Positions 1 through 13,175 of a stretch of DNA of 64,000 nucleotides are shown piece after piece. The first letter of the stretch is position 1. Each line of letters opens with the position of its first letter. The position numbers and the translations under genes were made by a program. Under the pieces are notes generated by a model. It saw only the letters and a program-made list of their open reading frames with translations, made no database searches and had not been told where the DNA came from. The DNA comes from Fistulifera solaris (Eukaryota), in NCBI GenBank assembly GCA_030295235.1, contig AP026125.1:1240001-1304000 (forward strand). The letters run 5' to 3'.

Positions 1-1180
1 GTTTTATTCGTGGTGTGGTTGACTCCGACGATCTCCCATTAAACGTCAATCGCGAAACATTGCAAGAAAGCAAAATTCTCCAAGTCATCAAAAGAAAGTT
101 GTTCGAAAAGCCATTGATATGATCAAACACTTTGCCGATGAAAACGATGAAATCAAGGACGAGCTTGACGACGAGGGCAATCCCATCGAGCCCGACGATC
201 AGGCCGTATCGAAGTACATTACGTGGTATAAAAAGTTCTCCCCGAACATCAAGCTGGGTGTCATTGAAGACGAACCGAATCGCGCCAAGCTTTCGAAGCT
301 TCTTCGTTTTCAAACGTCCAAGTCGGAAGGCAAGTTTATCTCTTTAGACAAGTACGTGGAGAACATGAAAGACTGGCAGAAGAACATTTACGTACTTGGA
401 GGCACGAGCGCTGAAGAGATTGCGAAGTCACCTTTCCTAGAAACGGCTAAAGAAAAAGACGTTGAAGTTTTGTTTTTGACGGATGCCATAGACGAGTATC
501 TTGTGAAGCAGATTGTTGATTACAAGAACAACAAGTTCATGCACTTGTCTAGTGAAGGCGTCAAGTTCCAAGACGAGTCCGCTGATCTTGTTGCACGACG
601 AGAAAAATACTACAGAAAGAAATTCAAGCCGCTTATTGAATGGCTTCGAAAGCTGTATCAGGGGTCGGTCTTACGTGTCCAAGTTGCCAAGCGCAGTCTT
701 GGTCAAATTCCAGCGGTTGTTTCCAGCTCGGACTTTGGCAACAGCGCTAATATGGAGCGCATTCTGAGAGCCCAGGCATTTCAACACGGTGTGGATGAGA
801 GGGGATACATGGCCATGAAAGTTTTCGAAATCAATCCACGTCACCCTTTGATCGTCAAGCTTTTCGAAGGCGTGGGATCCGGAGACGACGACGTATCACA
901 AGATTTGATTGATGCTGCATTGATGATTCACGATATGGCAATGTTGAATGGCGGCTTTCCAATTGGTGATCCAGTGGCTCATAACAATAGGTTGTTGAAG
1001 GTGCTACAGGGAAGCTTCGGATTGGATAGCTTGGCGTTAGAACCGGAGTTGGATCCAGCAGAGTTCGAAGAGGATGAAGAAGAAAGTCCAAAAACTACCG
1101 CGGGTGGGCTAAACGCCGAGGATTTCGAAGAGTTGAACATTAATGATCTTATCATCGATGCGGACAAAGACGAGTTATAA
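1..1180 (+). CDS. HSP90B1: ER HSP90 (endoplasmin/GRP94), 3' part; 5' end lies outside the window
   Basis: Frame 3 from nt 3 reads [27 protein letters not shown] 119-1180 has [35 protein letters not shown] and ends in KDEL. A 1-bp slip at an A-run (~nt 90-93) separates the two frames. Confidence 0.95.
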
Positions 1181-2284
1181 GCCGAACGTCTGTTTAGTGA
1201 AATTAAGGGTTTGTATTGGTTGAGTTAAATAGGGAAATGTTATCGCAGTTTTTGTAATCAAGCAGTTCGTTTGCTTGAACGTCTACCTGTCGCCCAGGTC
1301 TGATTCGTACCTCCAACTAGTCTGAACTGGATCTTAAAGCTTATAAGTAGTTGTTCCGTACTACTATGTAATGGGAGGTTGGAACGCTCGTGCACCATAG
1401 CACGATAATTGCACAACGTGGATATAAATCATCAAAAAGTAAAGAAGAAAGAGTCGTCACGCAAGCAAATCACGTGACCCATGCAGCGACATATGTATTC
1501 AGATTTAGTGCATGCCGGGCTGAAAGAAAGTGAAGACATCACTCATTATTAGACAGGCGGCCAAGACCCCAAACGGAAGAGTATCCCTCGGACAACCACA
1601 ATCAAGGTCGAATCTTCGAAGTGGGAAGTCGATCTATTCGATAACCAGTGAAGCGCAAAAGTTACAAAGGACCCATTTGACCACGGATGAAGCAACATTA
1701 ATAGCCGCTTGTGGACTGAAGTGAACTGCATTGAGCGTCATTGCTCTCTATCGACGACTTCGACGATACAGCGACATGAAGCGCCTTTTGTGTATTTTGC
1801 CGCTCTCTCTTTAGTTACGTTATGTATACGGATAGTATTGATGTAAAAGTGCTAGAAAATTGAAAGATAACAATGTAAAGGTCATCGAATGAAATGAAGC
1901 GAAAAAGAAATGAGCCAACATGCTTTTTCATGGGCTACCCATCAGCATTTTTGAGCCCAAGAACACGGTTTGATCACACTATACCCAAAGAGTAAAGGGT
2001 TCTTTAGTCTAATGCTAAAGAGTAGATGTTGTTTTGGAACGGTATTGCGAATTTGTCTCATGTCACAATGGGCTTCGATAATGTCGCAAAGGACGAACGG
2101 ACAGACTGGACCCACTTTCGAGTTCGTGACTAAAGCATCTTCTCCATTTGCGGGACTTGATCCGTGAGCCTACTATTTATTTCACAGTAAGCGACGGAAC
2201 GCCGTTTATTTGCGTTGACGCATAACAACGCAATACGCAATGATCAGCACAATTTTGATTTTTTGAAAAACCAGAAGCTATGCA

Positions 2285-3911
2285 TTGAATACTTCTCTAT
2301 CTTCCATCGCTAAGAAGGAATACGAAGCAAAGAGTCGAATGATGCAGGACGTAGATAGCGACAGCGACGCCGACAGCGACGTCAGGGCTCACTACATTGA
2401 GCTTGTCAAATCCTTTTATATTGACGATTTTGCTGATGAGTTTGAGATTAGTGGCCAAAAAATTAGCATCAGTGATTATGGTAATAGCAATATTCTGGTT
2501 AAAGCAGAGAGCAACGACGTATTTTTGGCTCATCGAGCACTCGATTTCTTTTGGAAAGCTTCGGTTCCTTGCGTCTGTGCATGTGTTGCTTGTCTCGCGT
2601 ACTGCAAGTTTTACAAGCCGAAGAAGAAGACTAACCGAGAAGAAAGTGTGAGGAAACAAGATTGTCTACGCAAGAGAAATGAAGCGCTTTTTTCGCGATC
2701 GTCAAAAGGTAGTCGGAAGGAAGACAGCAAGAAGGGGTCATCGAAGAAGCAAATGGTCGACGATTCTCTCTCAGGCAATCTGCTCGCTCCGGAACTTGTA
2801 GCTGAAAAGTCCGATCATTTTATGCCTGCTGATATTCTGGTCCATGGATCCGTTGCAAACTTACCGTTCAGGGAAAATGTTCAGCCTCCTATCACGGCTG
2901 ATGCACTTGGGGATGAGCTCGTAAAGACGGCTCAGTCATTCAGAAAGATCATTGAGAATTCGGGAATGGGAGGAAGTGAAGAAATGGTGTCAACGTTGTC
3001 ATGGCAAGCAGCGATGACATTGAAACAAACGGCCGCGATTTGTCATGCTACCTCAATCGCAGAAACTCGGGGTTATATTTTCCAGACGCAGCAAAGTCGC
3101 TTGGATAGGGAGATTAGTGCCAGGCAACACAAAGAGCTATTGGCATCGATACGTGAGGACAAACTGTGGCCACAGAAACTGGCGGAGTCGCGTCGTGAAT
3201 GCTTTGCTACATTACGAGTGGCTAGCTTGAGATCTTTCGCATTGATTTTAAGCTTCAAACCCTTTCTCATCACAACAGGATTGCTCATCAAATGGAAGTT
3301 TCATTCAATAGGTGATCTAGTTTCTGAACTCACCAACTTTGTAAGTTCTCTTTTCGACCCGCGATCCTTCGGCTCCCTTTTCTGATTCTTTTCTCTCGCA
3401 GTTCACGTCATGCCCACAAGGCAGTAACACTTTCTCATCTGCCATCAGTTACAGCCTTCATCCGAGCTACTTCGTGTTGTCTTTTGTAGATGCCTACATG
3501 AATGGAGCATCATGTATGGCAGCCAACCTAGCCTCAGTATCCTATGTCCTCGTCTACTGCAGTGCGGCAAGTTTCGTTGCGAGGCTATTGGGTCTTCCCT
3601 CTGTTTCAACAACGCTCGTTCTGTGTCTCTTGTCGTTTTCCGATAACTTTCTCAGTACTGAGATATTGGTCTTCTTGGCTAGCGTTTCTGCCGCGTCGCT
3701 GGCCACTGCTGTGTACATCATGATTCAGTTTTGGAGGTCAAGGAGAATGATGATTGATGGCAAACAAAACAAGTCAAAACAACAAGTGAACGAGTCGTTA
3801 GTTCATTTTTACAGATTGGCGGATGTGATCCAGGTATGCCCTATACTGATAGCAGTCGGTCTGTTCGCAAAAGAGACTCTTCGTCTACCAGCATTAGAAA
3901 TATTCTCGTGA
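2285..3911 (+). CDS. Hypothetical protein with hydrophobic C-terminal segments (two exons; start uncertain)
   Basis: Long ORFs 2285-3385 and 3474-3911, plausibly joined by a GTAAGT...CGCAG intron at ~3340-3401. No family recognised. Confidence 0.55.
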
Positions 3912-4396
3912 AACATTGGGACTTGATTATGATCACATCAATGGGTCGAATCGTGACTCTTGGACATTGTCGGTTAAGTTGCTTTTTGTCTTTGACTGAG
4001 CAGGTACTAACTCAAGAACGGAAAGATATTCTTCCGGAATAAGAGGCTCTAAATATCGAAACATCGTGAGAAAGTGCTGATGGATTGTTGGTTATCGGGT
4101 CCGTTTGGAAAAACGCTCCTGCATTGGATTTAAACAAAACGTCGTCTGCGCGACAGAGTGTCCAGGTTAAATAAATTTTGGTCCCGAGACCCTAGATTGA
4201 CTATGATTAGACCTAACGAATCTGTAGTAAGGTTATGAGTAATTGCTTCAGTGCTTCCGCGCGCAGTCGCCTCGATCTGCCACCATCCAAATTCAAAATA
4301 AAAAATCCAGGAAAATCGCAGAAGCCTTTATAGAACAAACTCGTTTGTCTCGGTGAAAGCATTTGAAGAGATAACAAAACAAGACGACTTTCTGCG

Positions 4397-5435
4397 ATGC
4401 CAGAACAGGACGAAAGTAAGAAGTGGGAGAATGCTGTCCTATCCATAACGCAGAGCGAAGCTATTAAAGTGAAGAAGCTGCGTAAGCAGGTTCTCATCAC
4501 TCTCCAGATGGATGAAGACGACAAGGCGGCGAAGAAGATATTCAAAGAAACCGTTCAACGACTCGAAGAGACAGGTCAGATATCTTTGGATAGTGAAGGA
4601 AATGTGACACTGACAGAAAAGTCGAAGAAGCGAAAGTCGAAGGAGGAAAAGAAATCAAAGAAAAACAAAAAGACCAAAACGACCGAGTCGGACGAAGGGG
4701 TTGAGGATCAAACTAGCGAATTTGACACGTCGGCTGAAGCGAAAGACAAAAACAAACCTTGTCCTGGTAACCCTCAAGGTGTCACTCGTCTTTTCCTTGG
4801 TAACCTTCCATTTGCTGTCGATGAGGCGTTGCTTGGGGAGTTTTTCAAGAACAAAGTGACGCACATCAAATGGATCACGGATAAGGAAACAGGAAAGTTC
4901 TACGGATCAGCTTTCATCGAAATGTCGGACTCTCGTGCGGCTGCAGAGGCGGTCGCATTGGCAGGGGAGAAAATGCTGGGAAGGCCTGTTAAAATCAATT
5001 TTGCTCCGGCGCGCGACGGTGACGTGTGGCCACCCGAGAAGAAAGTGATAACTGGCGGACCTACTGCATCGACTGGCAATAGTGGCGACGGCAATAAGCA
5101 GAAAAGGGAGATGAGCGAAAAGCCGGAGAATTGTGTCAAGTTATTCATTGGGAATCTCTCGTATGATATAGATGATGAGGGCATTACAAAATTCTTCGCG
5201 AACGTTGATGCAGAGGTTCGCTCTGTACGATGGTTACATCACAAAGACTCGGGTGACTTCAAGGGATGGTAAGCTGATTTGTTGAAAACTTGTTGTTGCG
5301 AAGATATCTTTATCTAATTTTGCCCTTTCTAGCGGATATGTTGAATTTTGGAGCCCTGAAGCTTGCGACAAAGCGGCAACTCTGAATGGGAAGAATCTTT
5401 TGGGAAGGCCGATAAGAATCGACTGGACGGACTGA
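4397..5435 (+). CDS. Two-RRM RNA-binding protein (nucleolin/NSR1-like)
   Basis: RNP2 motifs LFLGNL and LFIGNL, RNP1 motifs YGSAFIEM and KGCGYVEF (the latter joined across intron 5269-5332). Lys-rich N-terminus. Last exon ends GRPIRIDWTD* at 5435. Confidence 0.9.
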
Positions 5436-5949
5436 TTGTGTTTCAGTCGTTCTCTACAACAAACTATATTTCTATTTGTTATTCGGTTACCTACAATTAG
5501 GCTGTGAAATATTCGCATTGTCAATACGTATCGAATTTACTTTGTTTTGTGAGTTTTTGGTGCATGACGGATTCGCTTTCCTCCAAAACAAGCTCTTCTA
5601 CTTGTGTCTTAGGGATGGGCTTGTCTTACGTACGGCCCTACCCCTTTTTTATATAAAATAAAATATGGAGTAATTAGTTCGAGCAATATTTTCCGGGACT
5701 GTAATGTTTGTGAGTCCTGAGTAAATCGTCCGTAACCTAACACTTCACGCTATAGTCGACACTAACTTTAATCTTATCCGAATTCCGGCTCGTATTTTTT
5801 AGCGCCCCGTTCCGATCTATTTTCGCCTTTTTGCGTTGCTTTATTTGCTCAACAATAAACAATGCTATATTTGACAAATATTTCTCTCTTAAAACTCTCA
5901 TTCATTCCTGCAAACATTTTTTAAAAAGTTAAGATCAAGCGATATCAGA

Positions 5950-6642
5950 ATGCAGCAAGATTGTGTCGCGATATGCCCGCCGTCAGTGACGCATTACGTT
6001 TCACGGCACATGGATTCCATGCCTAAAATTATCAATCATTTACTCTACGCAACACTTCTTTTCACTTCCTTCCTTTTTCTGGTCTCGTTGGGCGCCCCGA
6101 ATGTTGGACTGAATGTAACATTGATATCGCTGATTTTGGCAATACAAAGCGTCAGCGTCTTTTTCACATTAAACCATTCCTCGATTCCGGCCCTTCACTT
6201 TCTATCCCCGACGCCCTTGATGATTGGAGTGGCACTGGGTACCACGATTGGGGCAGCGATTTTGGCGTTTGTCATCTCCAGTGCTTACCGATATCTATCG
6301 AGCTGCAAGCTAGACGGGAAAGACATGCATCCTCGATCCTTTCACGGAAACTCTACTGTCCCGACGGATGACCCTGTTTTGGAATATTTGTGTCAGAAAG
6401 GAGTCGGCTCCTCTTCGGCTGTGTGCTTCTGGAGTGGACTGATATTTTGGTGCGATTCCTGTGTGTGTTTACTAATTATGATGGGTCAGAACGAATTATT
6501 ACAAGGGCAATATCAACATCTGGCTTCCAGTAACGGGCCGCCGTCTTTTGTGGGCGATTACAGTAACATACCCGAAGTTCGTGGAAATGACTCGGGTAGC
6601 TTTCAGTCGTCTCATCAGGCCGCCCTTGTCCAGAACGTGTAG
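5950..6642 (+). CDS. Hypothetical membrane protein (~4 TM segments)
   Basis: Intact 230-aa ATG ORF with four hydrophobic stretches. No family recognised. Confidence 0.65.
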   Translation: MQQDCVAICPPSVTHYVSRHMDSMPKIINHLLYATLLFTSFLFLVSLGAPNVGLNVTLISLILAIQSVSVFFTLNHSSIPALHFLSPTPLMIGVALGTTIGAAILAFVISSAYRYLSSCKLDGKDMHPRSFHGNSTVPTDDPVLEYLCQKGVGSSSAVCFWSGLIFWCDSCVCLLIMMGQNELLQGQYQHLASSNGPPSFVGDYSNIPEVRGNDSGSFQSSHQAALVQNV

Positions 6643-7021
6643 TAACCGTTCACTTCATCAGTCGAGCTTGTCTGTTCCTCGCGACCAGCGAGCAAAGACC
6701 AGCATCATTCTTGGTGTCTGCTTAGCCTTTCGGCGTTAAACTGGGCCGGCTTGCTAGATAGTGTATTAAATATCGTACAATATGTTAGAGAAACAAGGTA
6801 AAAGTTACCCTCGAATTGTCCTAGCTTTTGTCATTTTATGCAGTAAGGTTAAATGTTATGAACCGTACGGGGACAGGCGTCCGCGCAATTGTGATGGTTT
6901 TTTCTTTTTCAAAACTTCTTCCACTCATTCCGACCACATTCCGACGAGACGGAAATCCAATAACGTGTGACTTTTTCTTGCTTTTTGCGCTTCGTTTACT
7001 TCTTCCGTAGACAACCTAGAC

Positions 7022-8066
7022 ATGCGGATCGGCAAAGGCGCTTTCGCGGTGAAATGGCGGAGAAAAGAATGGTCTTTTGTTCGATGTTGCGTATTATTTG
7101 CCACTTCTATTCTGCTCGGAATTCCGCGTCAGAGCGACTCGTTCCAATGTCAAGCACAAACAATACGTCGACGACCAGCGAAGGTTCATGATAGCACACA
7201 ACTGGAAACCGCCATTGCTGATGAGGTTGACTCCAGACAAGAAGAGCATCGACTGAGATTTGGTGGTGTAGGTAGACTTTATGAAGGCAAATCATCCGAC
7301 TCCCATCGAACTTTTGCAACGACTGCAGCAAGCAACCGTGGCGATTGTCGGTCTTGGGGGAGTCGGAAGCTGGGCCGCAGAAGCACTCTGTCGAAGTGGA
7401 ATTGGTAATCTGGTGCTGATTGATCTCGACGACATTTGCATATCGAATACAAACCGACAACTGCATGCCACATCGTCCACCATTGGACGGTTGAAAATTG
7501 ACGAGATGCAGAAGAGACTTCTTGATATCAATCCTCATTGTAATGTTTCTTTAGTGCACGAGTTCGTATCACCTGAGAACGTGCATGAGGTCATAGGCAA
7601 CCTTGGAGCGACCGTTCTGTTAGATATGATTGACGGCAGCCGGGAAAAGTCTGCTTTGCTTGCTGCATGTGCCGATCTAAAGTTACCAGTGGTCACGTGT
7701 GGGGCGCTGCCGGTCGAAAAAGATCCTACGAAGATCGTATGCGGCGATTTAACGGAAGTAGAAGGTGACAAACTACTTGCTACCTGTCGAAAAGAGCTGA
7801 GAAAGTATCATGGATTCGAACGAGGGCTTTCCTTTCAGGAAAAGCGGAGGAGTCAAAGGAAGAGTCGAAAGTGGAACATCGCAGCTGTATTCTCTACTGA
7901 ACCCCAAAAATCATTGCCAGCGGGTACTGACCTAGGATCTTCATTTCGCCGTTGCGATGGCGCTTTGGGGACGGCCTGCTTTGTGACCGGAGCCTACGGA
8001 TTCGCAGCTGCTGCCCGAGTCGTTGATATGATTGCAGAAGGTCGAATAAAGCCGCCGCGGAGATGA
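7022..8066 (+). CDS. tcdA: tRNA threonylcarbamoyladenosine dehydratase (TcdA/CsdL, ThiF/E1-like), with N-terminal extension
   Basis: RFGGVGRLY (ORF 7022) followed by VGLGGVGSWAAEALCRSGIG.L.LIDLDDICISNTNRQLHA, VFSTE and CDGALGTACFVTGAYGF (ORF 7281), collinear with E. coli TcdA as recalled. Frameshift near 7285-7305. Confidence 0.88.
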
Positions 8067-8138
8067 TTATGACGAAAATAAGAAAGATTGTCTTTAGTAA
8101 TATGTTTACTATGCTTTCACAACTAAGTTTGTGAATCT

Positions 8139-10860
8139 CTAGGTGTATGCGATTAGCATGTCATTCAAAATGCCACAAGTGTTTTCACCCATGGCCACAT
8201 AAGCATATCCGTTCATACCCCAATACCTAGACCATTGATTTCGCACAATCCAATAGCCTTGAGATACTGACAGTTCAGTATCCTGACTCCCACCTCCATT
8301 GTCTTTCGAGTTATGATTATCATTGTTGGTGTCTTCCCGCTCGTCTTCGTTGTCGGCAGTCGCATAAGCATAACCAACGACCTGTGCACAGTGATTCACA
8401 TCCATGAAACCAGAGCTGCAGCCCGATTCAGAGGTAATTATTCCGCCCGTATACTCTTTCCACGTTGAAGCGTCGAAACAAACAACCGCGGGACCGTACG
8501 TGGCAATGTTTCGAACTGCCATGCCCTCATCTTGCGAATCGCATGCACAACCCGTCCCGTCCGTGTAACAAACACATTTTTTGGTGGCATATCCATATCC
8601 CGAGATTGCGCCACCGAAGCGTTCATAACTGCTCCCAGACCCGTTTCCATCGTCTTTCGATCCTGACTTACGGTCATCTCCAGCGGGGCATACTTGCGAC
8701 TTATAGTCATTCAAGTCATCCTCGCTACAACAAAAAAGAGAAGGTTAACCATTGATGAGACACAATATTACACGGTGCGTAACCTGTTGCTCACGAAAAG
8801 ATACTTACGTAAGGTCTCCACCTTCTCCAGTTTTAACATTCGACAATGATAGAAGCCAGTCGGCGTCATACGGCAAATCAGCTCTGAATTCAAGCAAAGA
8901 GACGGTAAGTGAATGTTGATTGAAATCATGGACGGTGTCTGACGATGACTTCACTTACGAAAGCGGGACGCCCTTGTGCTTCATCACATACTCAACTGCC
9001 TCCTGGGGCCATCCACCTGCGCACATCTCACATTCATCGGCGCATGTAATGATTTCTGTTTCAGAGAGTGTATACATCGTTCCGGTGCTTATGAATATTG
9101 CTGACTCAATGTTTTCGACTGCGGTGATTGCCCAACAGGCACCGCAGTTTCCTTGTGAGCGGAGACTGTTCACCGCTCCCAGATCTCTCCAATCCACAGC
9201 TGTAAGCTCTTCACAGTTAGAAACCTACAAAAAAATTACAATGAGATAAACTCATTGGGCTGACTTACATTTCGGATACGATTGGGCATCATATCTGGGT
9301 TCCAGAGTAAGACCCAAACCGTACACATACGTTTCAAAGACGTACGTCAAGACGCAACTCACGTCATACCATTTGCAAGCGGTCCCAAATGCACCAGAAT
9401 CGGATCCTCCTCGAAGCACGGTGACCGTGTCCTCCCATTGAGCCTGTAGTAGTCGATGAACATCGGGGTGTCGTTTTGGCTCAATGTGCGGACCGAGAAC
9501 ACCCGATGACAAATCTGGTGACTGCTTGTCTGCTGCAGGGCCAGTGTAACCAGTTAAATATTGCTCTTTGAATTCTTCATGCGTTAAATCTTGGAAATGA
9601 TTCGACCCGAAAACTGGTTGGTTCGTCATCTTACATGGACCATGCCGACGATTCTTTTCTGCAATTTTTTCGTGGTTTTGCAGCCAAATGCCGAATCTTT
9701 TTCTCTTTTTCTTCTTTGCTGTGATATCTTTTGTTCAATTTCGACGCCCATGACTCAAATTCGTGCCTCAGACTCTTCATGGATAAACGTCTCATGGGAG
9801 ATTCTTGTTGATGTTGATGTCCATAATCTCCCCTAGATCTCGCTTCCACTGGCAATGGAAGCAAAACAATCGGACCATACTGCTCATCTTGTTGCTGAGT
9901 TTGAACCTGGTAATGCCCCTGGTTGTTGATTGGTACGAGTCGCACGGTTTCTGAAATTTCAATGAGTACGTCTTCGCCGGACGAAATCAATTCTGATTCA
10001 GCGGCACTCTCGTGTCGCACATGCTTGACGACTATCATCATTCCAATGAAAAATGCAGTCACAGATACGACCAGCCACAATTTGGTGTACGAAAGCAATC
10101 TTTGGCTTTGAAGCCAGACAGAACCTGGTCGGAACGGATAAGTTCGCTCGAAGTCAAATCTCTCCTGATACAAAGCCCTTCGAAAATTGGATGACCCAAA
10201 CAAACCTCTTGGTGTCTGTCGTTTCTTTGCGTCTAAGTCATCTTCGTCGTACAGTTCACTTTCCAGCGAAAACTCGCGCGATGGCGGTGGCCTGTATTCA
10301 TTCGGTGTCTTTCGATGCGTCAAGAGCAAACCCGATGAAGTCCTTATAGGCTCATATTCGGAATCTCCCTTCTGTTGGTAGCCACTTTGAGGGGTTCTCG
10401 GTGGTTCTTCCTCCATTTCTAAATATCCTGCAGCCCCGGGTACGGATAAGGATTGTCGTATGGACGATTCAACGTCGTCGTTTTGACTTTCATCGTCAAT
10501 GGCCTCGTCGTCGTCGAGCAATGAACTCTGTACTTTCGAAGGCGGTCGTTCGGGACTGAACGGATCGAAGCTGGATATATTAACGGATGGACCACTGCTT
10601 TGAGCAATAGTTCTCGTATTTGGAGCCGAAGAAGCAGAATGTAGACGATTTCTATTCAAAGAGGACAATTCCGTATCGGTGACGAATTCGATCACCTCCT
10701 CGCCATCTTCCTCTAACGGGTCAAATTCAATTCCATGACGCGGAAACAGCGATGAATCACCATAACTCCCACCTGACCGCATTATTATTTGAAAGAATCG
10801 AGAAGAATATGAATGAGAGTATGGTTTCTTTTCAATTTTTCCCTTCGAGGTCGTGTTCAT
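8139..10860 (-). CDS. Papain-family (C1A) cysteine protease with long N-terminal region, TM segment and I29-like propeptide
   Basis: DWR..GAV, catalytic QGNCGACWA, NHCAQVVGY and YWIVRNQWSRYWGMNGY. Propeptide has FGSNHFQDLT.EEF. About three introns at 8.7-9.3 kb and frameshifts near 9.63-9.72 kb. Confidence 0.9.
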
Positions 10861-11156
10861 CGTTCATCGCGTCGTGATAAAAAAGTTAACCCGGCCTTTT
10901 GTCGTTGGAGGTCGGGCAGGCGCGCAAAAGCACGTTCAAAAAAAAGTAATCTACTATTTGGTCCATACTAACTCACTTTGAGCAAGACGACGTCTGTCGT
11001 TTGTCAGTGACGGCCAAACGAAAAGCAGCGATCTGCCTTTCAACCGTCAATATTTTTTACGAAGGAAAATAAATGGGGAGCGACCATGTGATGAACGCGC
11101 GGATCATAATAAGTCAGTCAGCAAAACATATTATTTTATAAGCAAAACAAAGCAAA

Positions 11157-13175
11157 ATGGTAATTCAAGGGATCATTCGACCTCCCCCGGAGATACGTGC
11201 GGTCGCCGATCGAACGGCCCTTTACGTTTCCAAGAACGGAAGAGCTTTCGAGAAAAAGATTCTGGCCAGTGAAAAGGAAAGCAACCCAAATTTGCGTTTT
11301 TGCATGAGACGTCTCCCTTTCATGCGTATTACGAAAATCGTGTGCAGTTTTATGAAAATGGAGGAGAAGATGAGACAGAGGGGAAAGAAATGGAAAAGCA
11401 AGCCGAAGACAGGGCTAGCGAAAAACCCGTTGAAAAAGAAAATGAAAAACTGACAAAAGAGAAAAGAGCGCATCGAGTTGCTAGTGTTGCCGATCCCGTG
11501 GCGAAGGCTCTTCTTGCCCAACGTGCGAATATTGCTCAGTTTCGAAAGGCGACAATCGATAGTTCGGATGCTACTACCGCAGAGAACGATGAGTCGCAGG
11601 AGAAACAGCAAGCAGCAACTATCCCTCCACCTCCTCCTCTGCGTTTTGTTAACGTCGTAGCACCGGCGTCCTTATCTTTAGCGCAGATCGAAACGATTCA
11701 GCTCGTCGCACAATTCACTGCTCTCGATGGACGAGGTGGCTCCTTTCTTTACCAGCTTACGCTGCGCGAGTGGACGAATCCGGAATTCGGTTTCTGTCAG
11801 ACGCGACACCCTCACTTTGCCTACTTTTCTGCCTTGGTGGACTCGTATCGAAGGGTTCTGGAAAGTTGGACAGAGAGTAGTTCGACTTCTGCTGACGGAG
11901 ACAAAGAACTAGCTAACAACACTGCCAAATGTTTAGAAGTCGCGGCGTATCGCGCTGAGTATGAGCGTGATCAAGAAGAACAAAGAAGTAAGCAAGACGA
12001 TGGGGGTGCGTTGGTCGACCAGGTGGATTGGCATAATTTTGTGGTGGTGGAAACGATCGATTTTCCGCCGGACGAGGTTGTGGAATTATCAATGCTACCG
12101 CCCCCGCCTTCACAATTCATAAATCCATTAGGGGCGGCTAATAAACAAGATGAAATGGATGAATCCGATGAAGATGACGATCGTGGAGATGAGCAGATCC
12201 GTGTTGTCTCATCATATCAACCAAAGGTGGTCGCTACGCATCAACAAAATAAGCTCGAGACCGTCATTGATCCGATTACTGGGAAGCGTGTTGCGGTACA
12301 AGATATGCCTGAGCATGTGCGAATTCAGTTATTGGATCCCAAGTGGGCCGAAGAACGAAAGAAGTTTCAAGAAAAACAGAAAGATAGCAACCTTGTTAGC
12401 AGCGACATGGTGGCTAGTAATTTAGAGCGACTGTCACAAACCCGAGGCGATGCATTCGGCAAAAGGTAAGCACCCTGTTTCAATCTGATTGCTCTTTGAG
12501 TATACTAACAATGAACTTGACGTCATTCAGGAACATAACAATAAAGACCGAGCTAGTGTTGAAGAAACGCGGGCCTTTACTGGTGATAAATCTAATTTAA
12601 AAGAAGTAGGACCGACACTCCCATCTGCACCTCTGCCCGACCCGTCATCAAGGAAAAGACAAGGAATGTCGCTGCCTGTACCGGCTCCACCAATCAATGA
12701 TCCCATGCAGCCTGATCCAAAGCGTCCGCGCGTCGACCAAGAAACACCATCGGTACCCATTCCACCTCCGCCTCCAACGCCGATCCGACCTGAGGAAGCC
12801 TTTGCTACAGCCGCTGTTCCTGTAACATTGACAAACAGTATACCTGGTGACGGACTTTTGTCGGAAGCCGAGTTTGCCGCATCGCTGGATAAGCCTACCG
12901 TGACTTTGCAAATTCGCATACCCAATGATCCCTCACAAATGGCATGGAATTTTTACGGTCAAATCGTTTCAATCTCCGTGGATGTCATGTCGACGGTAAA
13001 AGACTTGAAAGATGAAATCGCGCGTATCCATTTGAACTCCATGCCTGCAAATAAAATTCAACTGAAGCATGTTGGTACAGGAAATTTCTTGAGCAATCCG
13101 AAGACATTAGCCAGTTTAAATATTGGTCCGACGGCGACACTCGAGCTAGCCACACGAACAAGGGGGAGGCCGTAA
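11157..13175 (+). CDS. SF3A1: Splicing factor 3A subunit 1 (Prp21)
   Basis: GIIRPPPEIRAVADRTA.YV.KNG..FE (SURP1), a second SURP, VDWHNFVVVETIDF, EHVRIQLLDPKW and a C-terminal ubiquitin-like domain. Intron 12466-12530; frameshift near 11275-11300. Confidence 0.95.
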
